A stretch of 64,000 bases of DNA from Octopus bimaculoides (taxonomy: Eukaryota): positions 59,186,679 to 59,250,678 of the forward strand of contig NC_068984.1 in NCBI RefSeq assembly GCF_001194135.2, given 5' to 3'. Shown piece after piece: positions 41,284 to 53,595 of the stretch (within the stretch, counting starts at the first letter, position 1; every line of letters starts with the position of its first letter). The notes below the pieces were generated by a model. The model searched no databases, had not been told where the DNA came from, and was given only the letters and a program-made list of their open reading frames with translations. The translations under genes were made by a program, and so were the position numbers.

Positions 41284-41490
41284 AAAGGCAGAATGATTTG
41301 CATGCCAAACATTTCTTCCAGCTTTGTGTTCTGAGTTCAAATACCATCAAGATTAACTTTCCTTTCATCCTGTTGGGCTTGATAAAATAAGTACCATTCA
41401 AGTACTGGGGTTGATGTAATCGATTAGCCCCCACCCCCACCCCACCCACTTCTCCCCCCAAATTTCAGGCCTTGTATTTATAATAGAACA
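39512..41490 (+). mobile_element. Head-to-tail array of about 9 SINE family A copies separated by (ATT)n/(GTT)n/(ATC)n tails
   Basis: Heads at about 39512, 39807, 40037, 40461, 40723, 41034 and 41281, a headless copy at 40261 and a degenerate copy at about 40884. All are in the same orientation. Confidence 0.9.
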
Positions 41491-42435
41491 GATTGTTATT
41501 ATCAATATTGCAATCATTGTAGAACAGAGCTCAAGATCTTGCAAATCCTAGTTTACTTTCAATTCTGCAGCTCAGTTAGTGTTAACATTTTTCAGAAATG
41601 TCACAGACATTTCACTCTCTCACTTCTCTCAATACAGTATCTGAGTAATAAATTTTTGCCATATCAGTGGTGAAATTGAACCTTCTGCTTTCTTTTCTTT
41701 CTTTCTGGTTTTCTTCCCCCAGTTTCTGTTCTCTCAACCTTTCTTTTTATATTTGCATATTTTGTCTCTCCCAGTGAATTCACTGACTAAAATCGATAAA
41801 TGATCATTTAAAAAAAAAAATGAAGGTTGCTTGTTTCTTACAGTTACAAACTGAAGAAAAGTGAGAAGTAAAAAATTAAGCCTCTCTCATTTATGAATCT
41901 TAGCTAAAATAGAAGATTATGGTAGAATTCTTTTCTTTCATTGTTTTACTTTATGTGGAATTTTTGCTTCAATCATTAAATTATAGATCTTTCATACTTG
42001 TATTTTTGCTAAGTTCTTTGCTGTTATTCTCTCCTCTCAAACAAACCAGTATCATAACATGATCACCACAAATGCTCTCACTTGTTATCAAGTTACAGTT
42101 TTATACACTGGCTTTGATTCAATGAACTGTATCACTCTCATACAAAATTGGACCTACTACTATTACTATCATTACAACTATCTTTAGTAAATGTAACAGG
42201 AATGAGCTAAACTTCTAGAAAGCCAAGTTCATAACCTGATTTCAATTACCAGTTGTAGCTCTTTTGACATCACTAGAGTTACTATCTCATTTTTCTTCAT
42301 AGAGATCTTAGGCTTTGTGTCTTCGTAATTAACAAAAAAACAAAATAACTATTACTGCTGATACTGTTGCAACTATCCTCTATTGTGAAGATGATGACTA
42401 TAGTTAAACTACCATATCTTCTATCATTGTTGTTA

Positions 42436-42482
<47 letters not shown>

Positions 42483-42498
42483 NNNNNNNNNNATATAT

Positions 42499-42530
<32 letters not shown>

Positions 42531-42947
42531 GTATCTTGTTTCTCTTATATTCTTCTGACTTTCTCCGGTGTTATAAAAAAACTTAGATATGTTTCAACCA
42601 AAGATTGGTCCAGGCCATGTCTAACTTAATAGCACCACCTGATGTAAGAAATTTTAAAATTTTGCTGCTTTTCTTTTAATTTATTTTTTTCTAACTCTGT
42701 GGTTACCCCATTTTTAGGTTACAGTGTAACTTTGTTTCTATCTAAAATAATTTCTTGCTCATCAATTTTTATTGATTACCAATGAGCAATAGTAGTTAAA
42801 AGGAAAACAGAAAGAAAGCCAATGAAAAGGTAAAAATCCAGATCAAAAATTGAAAAATAAAAACAAAGTCCTACATTGTCCTAAAACACCAATCATCTAA
42901 ACTATATTTATCATTTATCAACAATCTATATTTGTTACTATCCTCAG

Positions 42948-43044
42948 GTTGGTCCTATCAGTTTACACATTGCTGTCATTGTAAATGAGCCAACACAAAA
43001 TAGCATTGCAGTTGACCAGGTTATTGTTATTGCCTTTCCAACAG
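42948..43044 (+). other. Candidate orphan coding exon (VGPISLHIAVIVNEPTQNSIAVDQVIVIAFPT)
   Basis: Acceptor ttactatcctcag and donor ACAG|GTAAAT. Only frame 0 is open. Non-repetitive composition, but no gene model could be built around it. Confidence 0.3.
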
Positions 43045-43182
43045 GTAAATACTTTGTCTTACCTCCCTATAAAGAGGGTCTAAATAAGTGAAACTGTACA
43101 CAAACTATTACAGCTGAAATTATTTATAAAAATTTTTGAAATATACTCAAATATAGACATGCATATTTGCTAATCCATATAT

Positions 43183-43245
<63 letters not shown>

Positions 43246-46130
43246 ACACATATATATGTGTGCAAACAAATATATTTACATTTATACATTAGTGAGAGTA
43301 ATATTCTGAACCTGGATTTGTTTAAATGAAAAAGTGGTCATGCTTATCAAATTATTATGTTGGAGGGGTGTAAAATTATAAAAATAAACAAATTTTTGGC
43401 ATAAATCTCAAGAAAGAGGAGGAAAAAAGTAAAGCAAAGAATTATTTTTGTAGTGTTCTTATATTGAAATTTCTAGATTCTATTGATTTATGTTGGCTTG
43501 CCTTTTCTTATTTTGGTGGGAGCACATCATTAAAAAAAATGTTTTTTTTTTTTCAAAAACATTGGTTATAAACCAAAATAAATGCATTTAATATACAAGT
43601 TTCTTGAAGATGGTAATCATTTGAAATCTACCTTAGAACTTTCATTACAAAACAGATTATTTTCTTTGCTGAATGTAACTCCGAACAGATCAGTTTGTAT
43701 CTTCAGATGACATTCTTGTAATCACAGAATTCATACTTTTCAATATTTTTTCATGTGTTTCCTGGTGTTCCAAGATTAGTTGCTATGAGCCAAAGAAGTG
43801 AAAAATGACAATTATAAACAGACAGAGCAGCTGTTGATATCAATATAATCATTGCTTGATATCTACTGATATCCATTTATGATCCTGATAATTGGGGGGA
43901 AAAATTAAACATATCATTCTATTTCCTTCAAAGTAAAAAAAAAACATTTAAATTATGATGTCTTTCTAAAGTCATAGTGGCAATTATTTACAGTGCACAT
44001 CAGTATGTTCTGGAGAAGATGAAATGACCAAATGGATAAGATATTGCACTATCAAACTGAAATGGTTTGAATTCAAATCTGCTGCCAGCCATTTTATTGT
44101 GTCTCTGGGCAGTACACTTAATTCTTTGTTACCTTAGTTCATCCAGATATCAGAAATATATACCAGAACTTACGGTAAACTGGTAAACAAAAACTTAGCA
44201 TTCTGTCCAGTGGCAAGACTTATCTCTCTTATCTCTCTCATAATTTAACAACATGAAACTTAAAATAAACCTTGATTTTATAAGTCTTTATGGTTCATGA
44301 AGACATCCATTTTGCACCCCACAAAAAGTTGTACCACTTTTGATTTCATGACTTATGGCTTTCAGTTATGATAAACTTTAATTAAATATATTCATTTTGA
44401 GATTTAGTTTGAAACACCAATGATAATAACAGTTTTTTTAAACAACATTTCAATCATTCTACATATGTTGTCATATCTGTGGACAAGATATCTGAGTCTG
44501 ACATCCATATTTTTCCACTTCCTATATTACTGGTATTTTATACGTCATTTTAAAAGTAAAGCTGTTGGTATAAGATAATTTCTCATTACTGTCATCTGAT
44601 ATGTCATACATGCAAAGAATATTTCTTTATTGAAAATAGCACTTAATGCTTTCATCCCATATGCACTACATTAAAGCTTTGTTACTTGAACATAAGCCCT
44701 TACTTAGTGCTAGCTTTCTGTGCCATCGTAGTTTCCATTTTGAAACTATCTCATTTTATGTGTATTTCTTATTGCATGACATTGTCAGCCACACACACGT
44801 GTATGTGTCTGTGTGTGTATGTATTTGTATGTGGGGGTGGTATATATGCACACACACACATACACACACACATTATATATATATATTGAACAGCTTCTCT
44901 TCCCTACACATTTATATGAAAGATATGGCTTTGTGTTCAAGTTTGATCCTTTTTTATCAACAATTCTTCCTAAGTCCATTAACATTTCAAGAACTTCTTG
45001 ACCTCATCTTCTGAATGAAATAACAAAAGTAGTGCATTGTTGTTGTGTTTTGTAATAAACAGAAAGGGATCATAAATATGATAAAATCATCATTGCCAGA
45101 AGTCAACTCTTGGTTACTTTCATAGTTTACTTCACATGTGCTTCATCTGCAGTGAGAGTACATTAAGTTCTTGACCAATCATTTCATTTCACGTTTTTAT
45201 GAGCACTTCGATATCTGATATGTGACACACCATGCTCCTATACAGGTAATGTTGATTTGATGGAGGAAGTGAACTAATGTTCACCACAAACATTTGATCA
45301 CTATAAACAAATCATCTGTGCAGGTTGTTTAGCAAGAAGTTGTGGAATTATCTCTATCAGATACAAGAGACTGCCAATAACATTTGTGTTGTGAATTTTT
45401 TATTTACATTTTACTATAAATAAAGTATTCATTGTTTTAACTTATAGATAATCTGACAAAATAATCTGAAAAATTAAAGAAGCTCTATTAAAAGTAAAAT
45501 ACAATTTATAAAACAACACACTGATACAGGATATATGACAAAATTATGAAATACAACCAGAGTTAAAAACTTAAAATTTTTCACTCCAGTAATAGTGACT
45601 TTTATCATTCACAGAATCATTCCTATGTTTTATACTGGCCAGAACATAACATTGCAAAGAAAGGTCACTATTGTGATTTCTCTACAGATTTGAGCCACAA
45701 AGTTCTTCAAGTGAGAATGAACTTGTTACAAACGAAAATAAGGACACAACTGAGGAACTCCAAAAAACATTGTGACTAAAATAAAGATTATACTTGAATA
45801 GAGTTGCTTTTCATACCAACATTATATTTATATATATACATCTGTATTTTTGTATGTGCGTGTGTGTGTATATAGTGAAAGACAAAGGAGAATAGAGATT
45901 GTTAATAACACATTAAAGTAAAGATAGCATTTTGGTAGTATTTATGTTGATTGTGTAACATATATTTTCTTATATGAGTTATGAGCGAGGGAGTAAATGA
46001 CAAAACACATGAAGCTAAGTGTAAATGACACAGTATGGTATGAGAATCACTGACGGAGAGGGTTCATCTTTGACTGGTAACCTGTATATCCATTGTTTAG
46101 CTCTAGGTCTGCTAGGTGGAACTAAACAGC

Positions 46131-46183
<53 letters not shown>

Positions 46184-46230
46184 TATATATGAAGAGTGTT
46201 GTAGTTCACTTGAAGCATTGTAGTACAGAT

Positions 46231-46612
46231 GTAGAATAATAAATGAAAAGGGGAATGAGGAAAGCTTCTAACAATGCAGAGAAGCAAGTTAAAAATCCTT
46301 TATATTTCAGATACAAAGGTCCATCTTCAGAAGCATACAGTCAAAGAAATGTGTGCCTATGTAGATCCTGCCATTTGAACAGCCAGATAGCAGTGACCCT
46401 GTTTTAGTCCAGTGCGTGTGCTAGTAACACCAGACTAAAATAGGATCACTATCCATCTGGCTATCAGAATGGTTGGATCTACATAGACACACACTTCTTT
46501 GATTGTACACTTCTGAAGATGAGCTTTTGCACCTGAAATATAAAGGTTTTTCAACTTGCATCTCTGCATTGTTAGAAGCTTTCCTCATCCCCCTTTTCAT
46601 TTATTATTCTAC
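46231..46612. repeat. Fold-back element: about 184-nt inverted arms and a 13-nt loop, embedded in (TA)n
   Basis: 46231-46414 is the reverse complement of 46428-46612 at roughly 85% identity by manual alignment. Confidence 0.95.
46510..46545 (+). ncRNA. Degenerate minimal hammerhead-like motif (mirror copy on the - strand at about 46298-46333)
   Basis: CUU, CUGAAGA (46513-19), U-GAGCUUUUGCACCU, GAA, AUAU palindrome, A, AAG. Confidence 0.35.
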
Positions 46613-46659
46613 TTCATATATATATATGTGTGTGTGTATGCATACATACATACATACAT

Positions 46660-46730
<71 letters not shown>

Positions 46731-49142
46731 CATATATACATGTATATATATATATACATGAGAGTTCTGCAAAACAGTCTGGAGATAAAAGACCTGCATA
46801 TAATAGAGTTGCATACTATAGAAAATTGTATTAAAAGGTGAATGTTCACAAATTGTGAATCTGAATTTGGTATGTTACTAATTCTTAAGCAATAGATGAA
46901 GTGAATCAAAAAATGTTATACATGTGTACTAAATAACGAATTGAAAATTTATAACAGACAATATTGAATCTTTACATTAACATAATATTAATCTGTTGAA
47001 ATTTAACCTAGTAGGTATTTTCAAATCACTTAACAAGAAATTCTTATTGATGACAAGAAAAATTTTTTATGATATGTGTATGCTAACAATAGAAACTATA
47101 TTCTTACAAGATTCAGCTATTAAGTGTGCTAAAATATCAAAGCAAATATTTTTCTTTGTGACAGTAAAATATCTTAGTTCTTTACAGGTATTTAACATAG
47201 AATTGTTGTGGAATAAAAAAAATTCATCTTGTCAGAAAGATTACAGCCTTCATTACTCTATTTATAAGGTATGGTCTTTTGTAATATCTTCCAAATGATT
47301 ATATAGTGTATAGTTTTAAATATTTCTTAAAAACCAAATGAACTTTTTGTCAGCCGATCTTTTATATTTGCAAGAATGATATTGATATTGTTGAGGGAAC
47401 CTTTACAATAGATGAAGTGAATCTGCTTTCTTTTTCTCATGCTTGACAAAAAGTTTTCTGGTGGTGATAATAAATTTCATTGTTTCAGTTGATGTTTATC
47501 AAGGTGGTTGCATTTTATAAACATTTCAGATTTAGCATTTAGATAACAGAATTGAACAGCTATTTAGTGTGTGACACTTTTCAGATGTATATAACTTACA
47601 CTATTCATTCTCATTGACGTATGTTTTGCCTCTCCCAAGGATTTCTCATCTGATGTTGAAATCAGAAGCTTGTTTTTTTTTGAAATGGCAGATATGATTG
47701 AAAAGTTTTGTCACACCTCTTATCTATATATCTTCCATAATTCCTATATAGTGTTTACATACTACTTCAATGTTTGGTTTCGTTTCGTTTCGTTTGGAGA
47801 GGGACACTTGTAATTCATAAATCTTTTGCTCCAGTATTGCATGTATAGTTAGCCTCAGTTACTTTAGAATGTTTATGAGTTACTAGTATCTTCATATCAA
47901 TAATATACATCTATGCATGTGTGTATGAATATGTGTGTGTGTGTATGTGTGTGTGTGCGCGCGCGTGTGTGTGTGTGTGTAGTACATCTTTTCATTTTGA
48001 TATATGCTGATGTACAACTGTATTCTAAATACGTTTTTTGTTAGGGTTTTTACACATTTTCATTTGAGTTCCTTGTTGTTCGTTTGTAACAGTAAAGTTC
48101 ATAAGTCCATCATTAATATTTGTAGATCCTCAGAATTTCATCTTCAGAAGGAAGTAATGTTGTTATGATATGCTTCTCTGTCATAGGCAGGACTATTTTG
48201 ATTGATGTATATATCACTATCAAAATTTCAATTATGACTGTTAGATTTATGCATCAACAGCTACACATCTCTTTTTGTTTGTGACTTGCGTTTGTTAACT
48301 TGTTTGTTTATTTGTTTTATTTTAGCTTTGTGCTGTGGTATGAGAATTGCCTCCATCATTACTTGTCTATTTTTATGGGAATTCTGTTGAGTAAAGATGT
48401 ATTATCCACAAACATTTTCCTCTCGTCTTGTACTGTATTGCAATTGTTCTTTGTTGTAAGTGCATGAGGAGCCAGCAGTGGGGTGTCTGGACTGTATAAC
48501 ATTTGAAATCATCAAGTTTACAAATTATGTATTTGCAATTGAGTTTACTTACCAATTGTAGCTGGATCATTATCATTAGCAGCTTGCTCATAGTCTTATA
48601 ATAAGATGTTTTGTTATTCACAAAACATTCGTAATTTTAATGGTTTGTAATGTGTTATTAATGTTGGTTTATGGTTCTGTATAATGCATTTCGTGGTTTT
48701 ATTTTTATGAAATTTTTTATACTATGCTATAGAATGCATTTGATTCAGTTAATACATTTTATGCATGGTTTGTGTGTTTAAACCCTTTAAGTGCAGAAAA
48801 GCATTGCATGAATGTATATCCCAAACAGGCAAAAAACGAAAAAATATCTTTTTCTTTGGGGTAATTTTTATACTTATTTTCACTTTAAATAAGTACAAAA
48901 GTTATAATAATTCTTAGTCTCTCACACGATAAAATTTACAATTTCATTACTGAAAAGTGCCATAAAATATTCACTTCCCTTTGCTGATGGCCATATCCAT
49001 GTACAAATCTTGAAACATTAATTCAGGATGTCCACTGTTCTCTAATAAAACATCAATCAATGATGTCTGCCATTTAAGGGTTTGCATTATGTATTTGTTG
49101 CATTTTATTTATTGGTCTATGAGTTTGTAAAAAATAAAACAC

Positions 49143-49183
<41 letters not shown>

Positions 49184-49839
49184 GTTTAATGTCCGTTTTC
49201 CAAGCTGACATGGGTTGGACAGTTTGACTGGGGTCTGGGAAGCCAGGAGGCTGCACCAGGCTCCAGTCTGATCTGGCAGTGTTTCTACAGCTGGATACCC
49301 TTCCTAACGCCAACCACACCAAGAGTGTAGTGGGTGCTTTTTACATGCCACTGGCACAGGGGCCAGAATGGGCTGGTAACGACCATGATCGGTTGGTGTT
49401 TTTTACATGCCACCGGCACATTTTTGTTTATTCTGTGGATTTCTTCACACAGTGCTTCATGTATGAAAGATAATCTAAATGCTATTCTAAGGAATATAGT
49501 ACTGATATTTTGTACCTGTGTGAACATGAGAGTATAAGCATGTCTCCATCAAAGTATATGCATATATTTGTTTTTAGTGTAACAAAGATATGATATGTCT
49601 GATATTTTTTATCTGATTATTTTATGTTTGGAAATTGCATTTCATTTGTTCTGTTGTGAATGTTGAATTTTTAGTCAGTTTCCATTTTTAGATGTTTCTG
49701 TCATTTCTCAATATTTTCGTATGTCCAAAGAACTTGTAAAATATAGAGAAAAAAACCTTGATAAAAAGAAACAAAACTAGAAATCAATTATTATGTTTTT
49801 AAAACTATATGCATATACATACATACATACATACATACA

Positions 49840-49871
<32 letters not shown>

Positions 49872-51422
49872 CATACATACATATATATATATATGCAATA
49901 GGGTTTGTGTAATGTAATTTCATGTTACTTCAAAGCTTTTGGGTATACAACCCTTCTGTTACATGGGGGGGGATCTTATCATCATCATTCATCATCATCA
50001 TCATCATTCATCATCATCATTATTCATCATCATCATCATTCATCATCATCATTCATCATCATCATTTAACATCCATTTCCCATGCTGGCTGGATGGTTTC
50101 ACTGAAAACTGGTAAGCTGGAGAGCTGCACCAGGTTCCAATCTGATTTGACATGGTTTCTATAGCTGGATGCCCTTCCTAATGTCAACCACTCCAAGAGT
50201 GTAGTGGGTGCCTTTTACATGCCACCGGCATGGGTGTCACTCATGAAACGCTCGCGTTGGCCACAACTATGATCTCACTTGGCTTGTCAAGTCTATAATT
50301 TTCTTTGTTCTACTATGGTAGCATGTTACCTGAAAATTTGGACATTCATAAATACAAATAAAATAAATTTTATAACTACAAGCAACAACTGTTTTTCAAG
50401 TAGCATATAGAATCTGTGGTCAGTACTCTAAATTCACAATCTATAGCCGTTTTAACTTATTAACAATTCGACAATTATTTGCTATCTGTTTCTAGCCACC
50501 ATTAATATTCCTAATATTACTTGATACTAGTTTTGGCTGTATATTCTAACAAATATTTCTAATATTTTAGAAATAGAAAGTAGTATAATTGCCAAAATCT
50601 CTAAAATCATGCACAAGCCTTACCTTAATGTAAAATTTAACTGATTCTGCTTGTAAGTTGTAAGCCTTCAATAGAAATAGGAAAGTGAATGGAATTTTAT
50701 GGACATCAATGATGATGATGGTGGCTGTTCACTCATGAGTGAGGAAGATTGTCACTGATCATTGTCCATGCAGAATGCTAGCAATGCCCATTTATGAGGT
50801 CATTCTACCCACAGTTGGTTTCACCTGGGTTCACACCCATAGTTTCTATGCTTGTTATGGCACCCTCCTACTCAGCCAGGCATCAAAATGTTGCCCTACT
50901 GGTGATTTCACAACTTTAAATTTTAGGACCAATACAGCTTTCACAGCACCTCAGACCTCCACCTTACTGACATGATCCAGATACAAGCTAGGGCAAGATG
51001 TCCAGTGCCAATATGGGTCACAGGCTCAGGAATGTGGGAGCACCATGATCTCAAACACAAGCAAAAGATCCTCAAAATGTCCAATACCATTCCCTGCATA
51101 TCTGGATTTACATCAGATTGAACTTCTTCTAGAAGTATGCTTTAACAAGTGCTGAGGGATACCTCACTCTCAATGATATTCCAATACAGCAGACACCAAC
51201 CTGGAATTTCTGGGTTGGTATTGACAGATCTTGTGTCCTGGTGGGTTTCTTGCAACCCTCCTCAACAGACAAGCCTAGTTAGGGTACTGAGTTAGTTACC
51301 AACAACCATACAATGCAACAGGTTGCTCTGAATTCCACTTTACCAGAATCATTCAGGAGTGACCACACAAGTGACCTGATATATTCATATATGTGTGTGT
51401 GTGTGTGTGTGTAATTATATAC

Positions 51423-51466
<44 letters not shown>

Positions 51467-51480
51467 GTATATGTATATAT

Positions 51481-52480
51481 NNNNNNNNNNNNNNNNNNNN
51501 NNNNNNNNNNNNNNNNNNNNNNNNNNNNNNNNNNNNNNNNNNNNNNNNNNNNNNNNNNNNNNNNNNNNNNNNNNNNNNNNNNNNNNNNNNNNNNNNNNNN
51601 NNNNNNNNNNNNNNNNNNNNNNNNNNNNNNNNNNNNNNNNNNNNNNNNNNNNNNNNNNNNNNNNNNNNNNNNNNNNNNNNNNNNNNNNNNNNNNNNNNNN
51701 NNNNNNNNNNNNNNNNNNNNNNNNNNNNNNNNNNNNNNNNNNNNNNNNNNNNNNNNNNNNNNNNNNNNNNNNNNNNNNNNNNNNNNNNNNNNNNNNNNNN
51801 NNNNNNNNNNNNNNNNNNNNNNNNNNNNNNNNNNNNNNNNNNNNNNNNNNNNNNNNNNNNNNNNNNNNNNNNNNNNNNNNNNNNNNNNNNNNNNNNNNNN
51901 NNNNNNNNNNNNNNNNNNNNNNNNNNNNNNNNNNNNNNNNNNNNNNNNNNNNNNNNNNNNNNNNNNNNNNNNNNNNNNNNNNNNNNNNNNNNNNNNNNNN
52001 NNNNNNNNNNNNNNNNNNNNNNNNNNNNNNNNNNNNNNNNNNNNNNNNNNNNNNNNNNNNNNNNNNNNNNNNNNNNNNNNNNNNNNNNNNNNNNNNNNNN
52101 NNNNNNNNNNNNNNNNNNNNNNNNNNNNNNNNNNNNNNNNNNNNNNNNNNNNNNNNNNNNNNNNNNNNNNNNNNNNNNNNNNNNNNNNNNNNNNNNNNNN
52201 NNNNNNNNNNNNNNNNNNNNNNNNNNNNNNNNNNNNNNNNNNNNNNNNNNNNNNNNNNNNNNNNNNNNNNNNNNNNNNNNNNNNNNNNNNNNNNNNNNNN
52301 NNNNNNNNNNNNNNNNNNNNNNNNNNNNNNNNNNNNNNNNNNNNNNNNNNNNNNNNNNNNNNNNNNNNNNNNNNNNNNNNNNNNNNNNNNNNNNNNNNNN
52401 NNNNNNNNNNNNNNNNNNNNNNNNNNNNNNNNNNNNNNNNNNNNNNNNNNNNNNNNNNNNNNNNNNNNNNNNNNNNNNNN
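51481..52480. other. Assembly gap (1000 N); smaller gaps at 1862, 5721, 6953, 10850, 34108, 42483, 56444, 61597 and 63019
   Basis: N runs, mostly flanked by (TA)n/(TG)n/(TC)n microsatellites. Confidence 1.
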
Positions 52481-52520
<40 letters not shown>

Positions 52521-53269
52521 TGTACGTGTGTGTGTGTGTTGTGGGGTTGTGTTCCTGAAAACTTTGTAAATGACATGAAATTCCATTACATAAAACCTAT
52601 TTCCCCTTCCACTTTCATATTAAAAACTGCGATGTATTCCAACTGAATTCTTTTTCAGGAACCCAAAAATTAATACAACTATTTTTATGCATGAAAATAA
52701 CCATATTTAAACATTTAAAGTATAGTACAGTATACATGAAAGCATTTGAAAAGAAGATTAGGGAATAAATAAGAATAAACTTATAGCTTTCTTTTGAATG
52801 CCTTTCATGTTTATCTGTACATAATGTGCAGTTTGATCATCAATTCATATACTCAGGAGCCATTTATTTTTAAGTAACACACCAGACCTCTGAAAAAAAA
52901 CAATGTCCGGGCAGGTAATGAAATAGTTACTCAAACACATGATGAAACTTTGTCTTTCTTGTCATGTAAGTGTTGCAAGGCTTAATATTTTTGAATTGTG
53001 ACTAAGTTTTCCTTCCAAATCAAACTTTTGTAAAAATAACTCATTTAACATCCAAAATAAATCCCTTTTGTGATTCCACTCTGCACTCTGCTTTCACTTT
53101 TGAAATGTTAAAATTCATTTCAACAGTTGAAAGTTCAAAATGTTAGGTGCAAATAAAACATTATTGAATCTAAAAAGTAATACTCTTTCTCTCTCTCTCA
53201 AAAAATTGGAAGCTAACCAGTTCTATCCATCTGGAATTAGTTACAGCCACTTTTTTTTTTCTGTTAGGC

Positions 53270-53595
53270 CAGGGATTCTCAATCATCTTTTATCTATGAA
53301 CTCCTTTAATTATTATTTTATTCTGGTGGACTCCCATAGCCATTCAATGTTTAAAACTAGTTTTATAGAAGCTTTGAAATTCCTATTTTGTTTTTTCACA
53401 CATTAACTTGTGTAGGTTGAACTATGTAAAATGTTAAAGAAGAAAATCTAGCTGTTTCTCGCAATACATACCAATTCATACATCTAAAGCAAAATTTCTT
53501 CAGGGACCATTAAAATACTATTGTCGATACCTAATTTATTATTTTGTTGTGTGGACCCCCAAAAATGTTATATGAACTTCAGCCGAGAACCACTG
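53270..53595. mobile_element. hAT MITE of the same family as 31737-32066, opposite orientation
   Basis: cagggattctcaa ... gagaaccactg. TSD tgttaggc/tgttaggt. Confidence 0.8.

Noticed and set aside
48553-48594. Minus-strand 42-nt exon candidate (DYEQAANDNDPATI)
   Set aside because: Weak polypyrimidine tract and no gene model.
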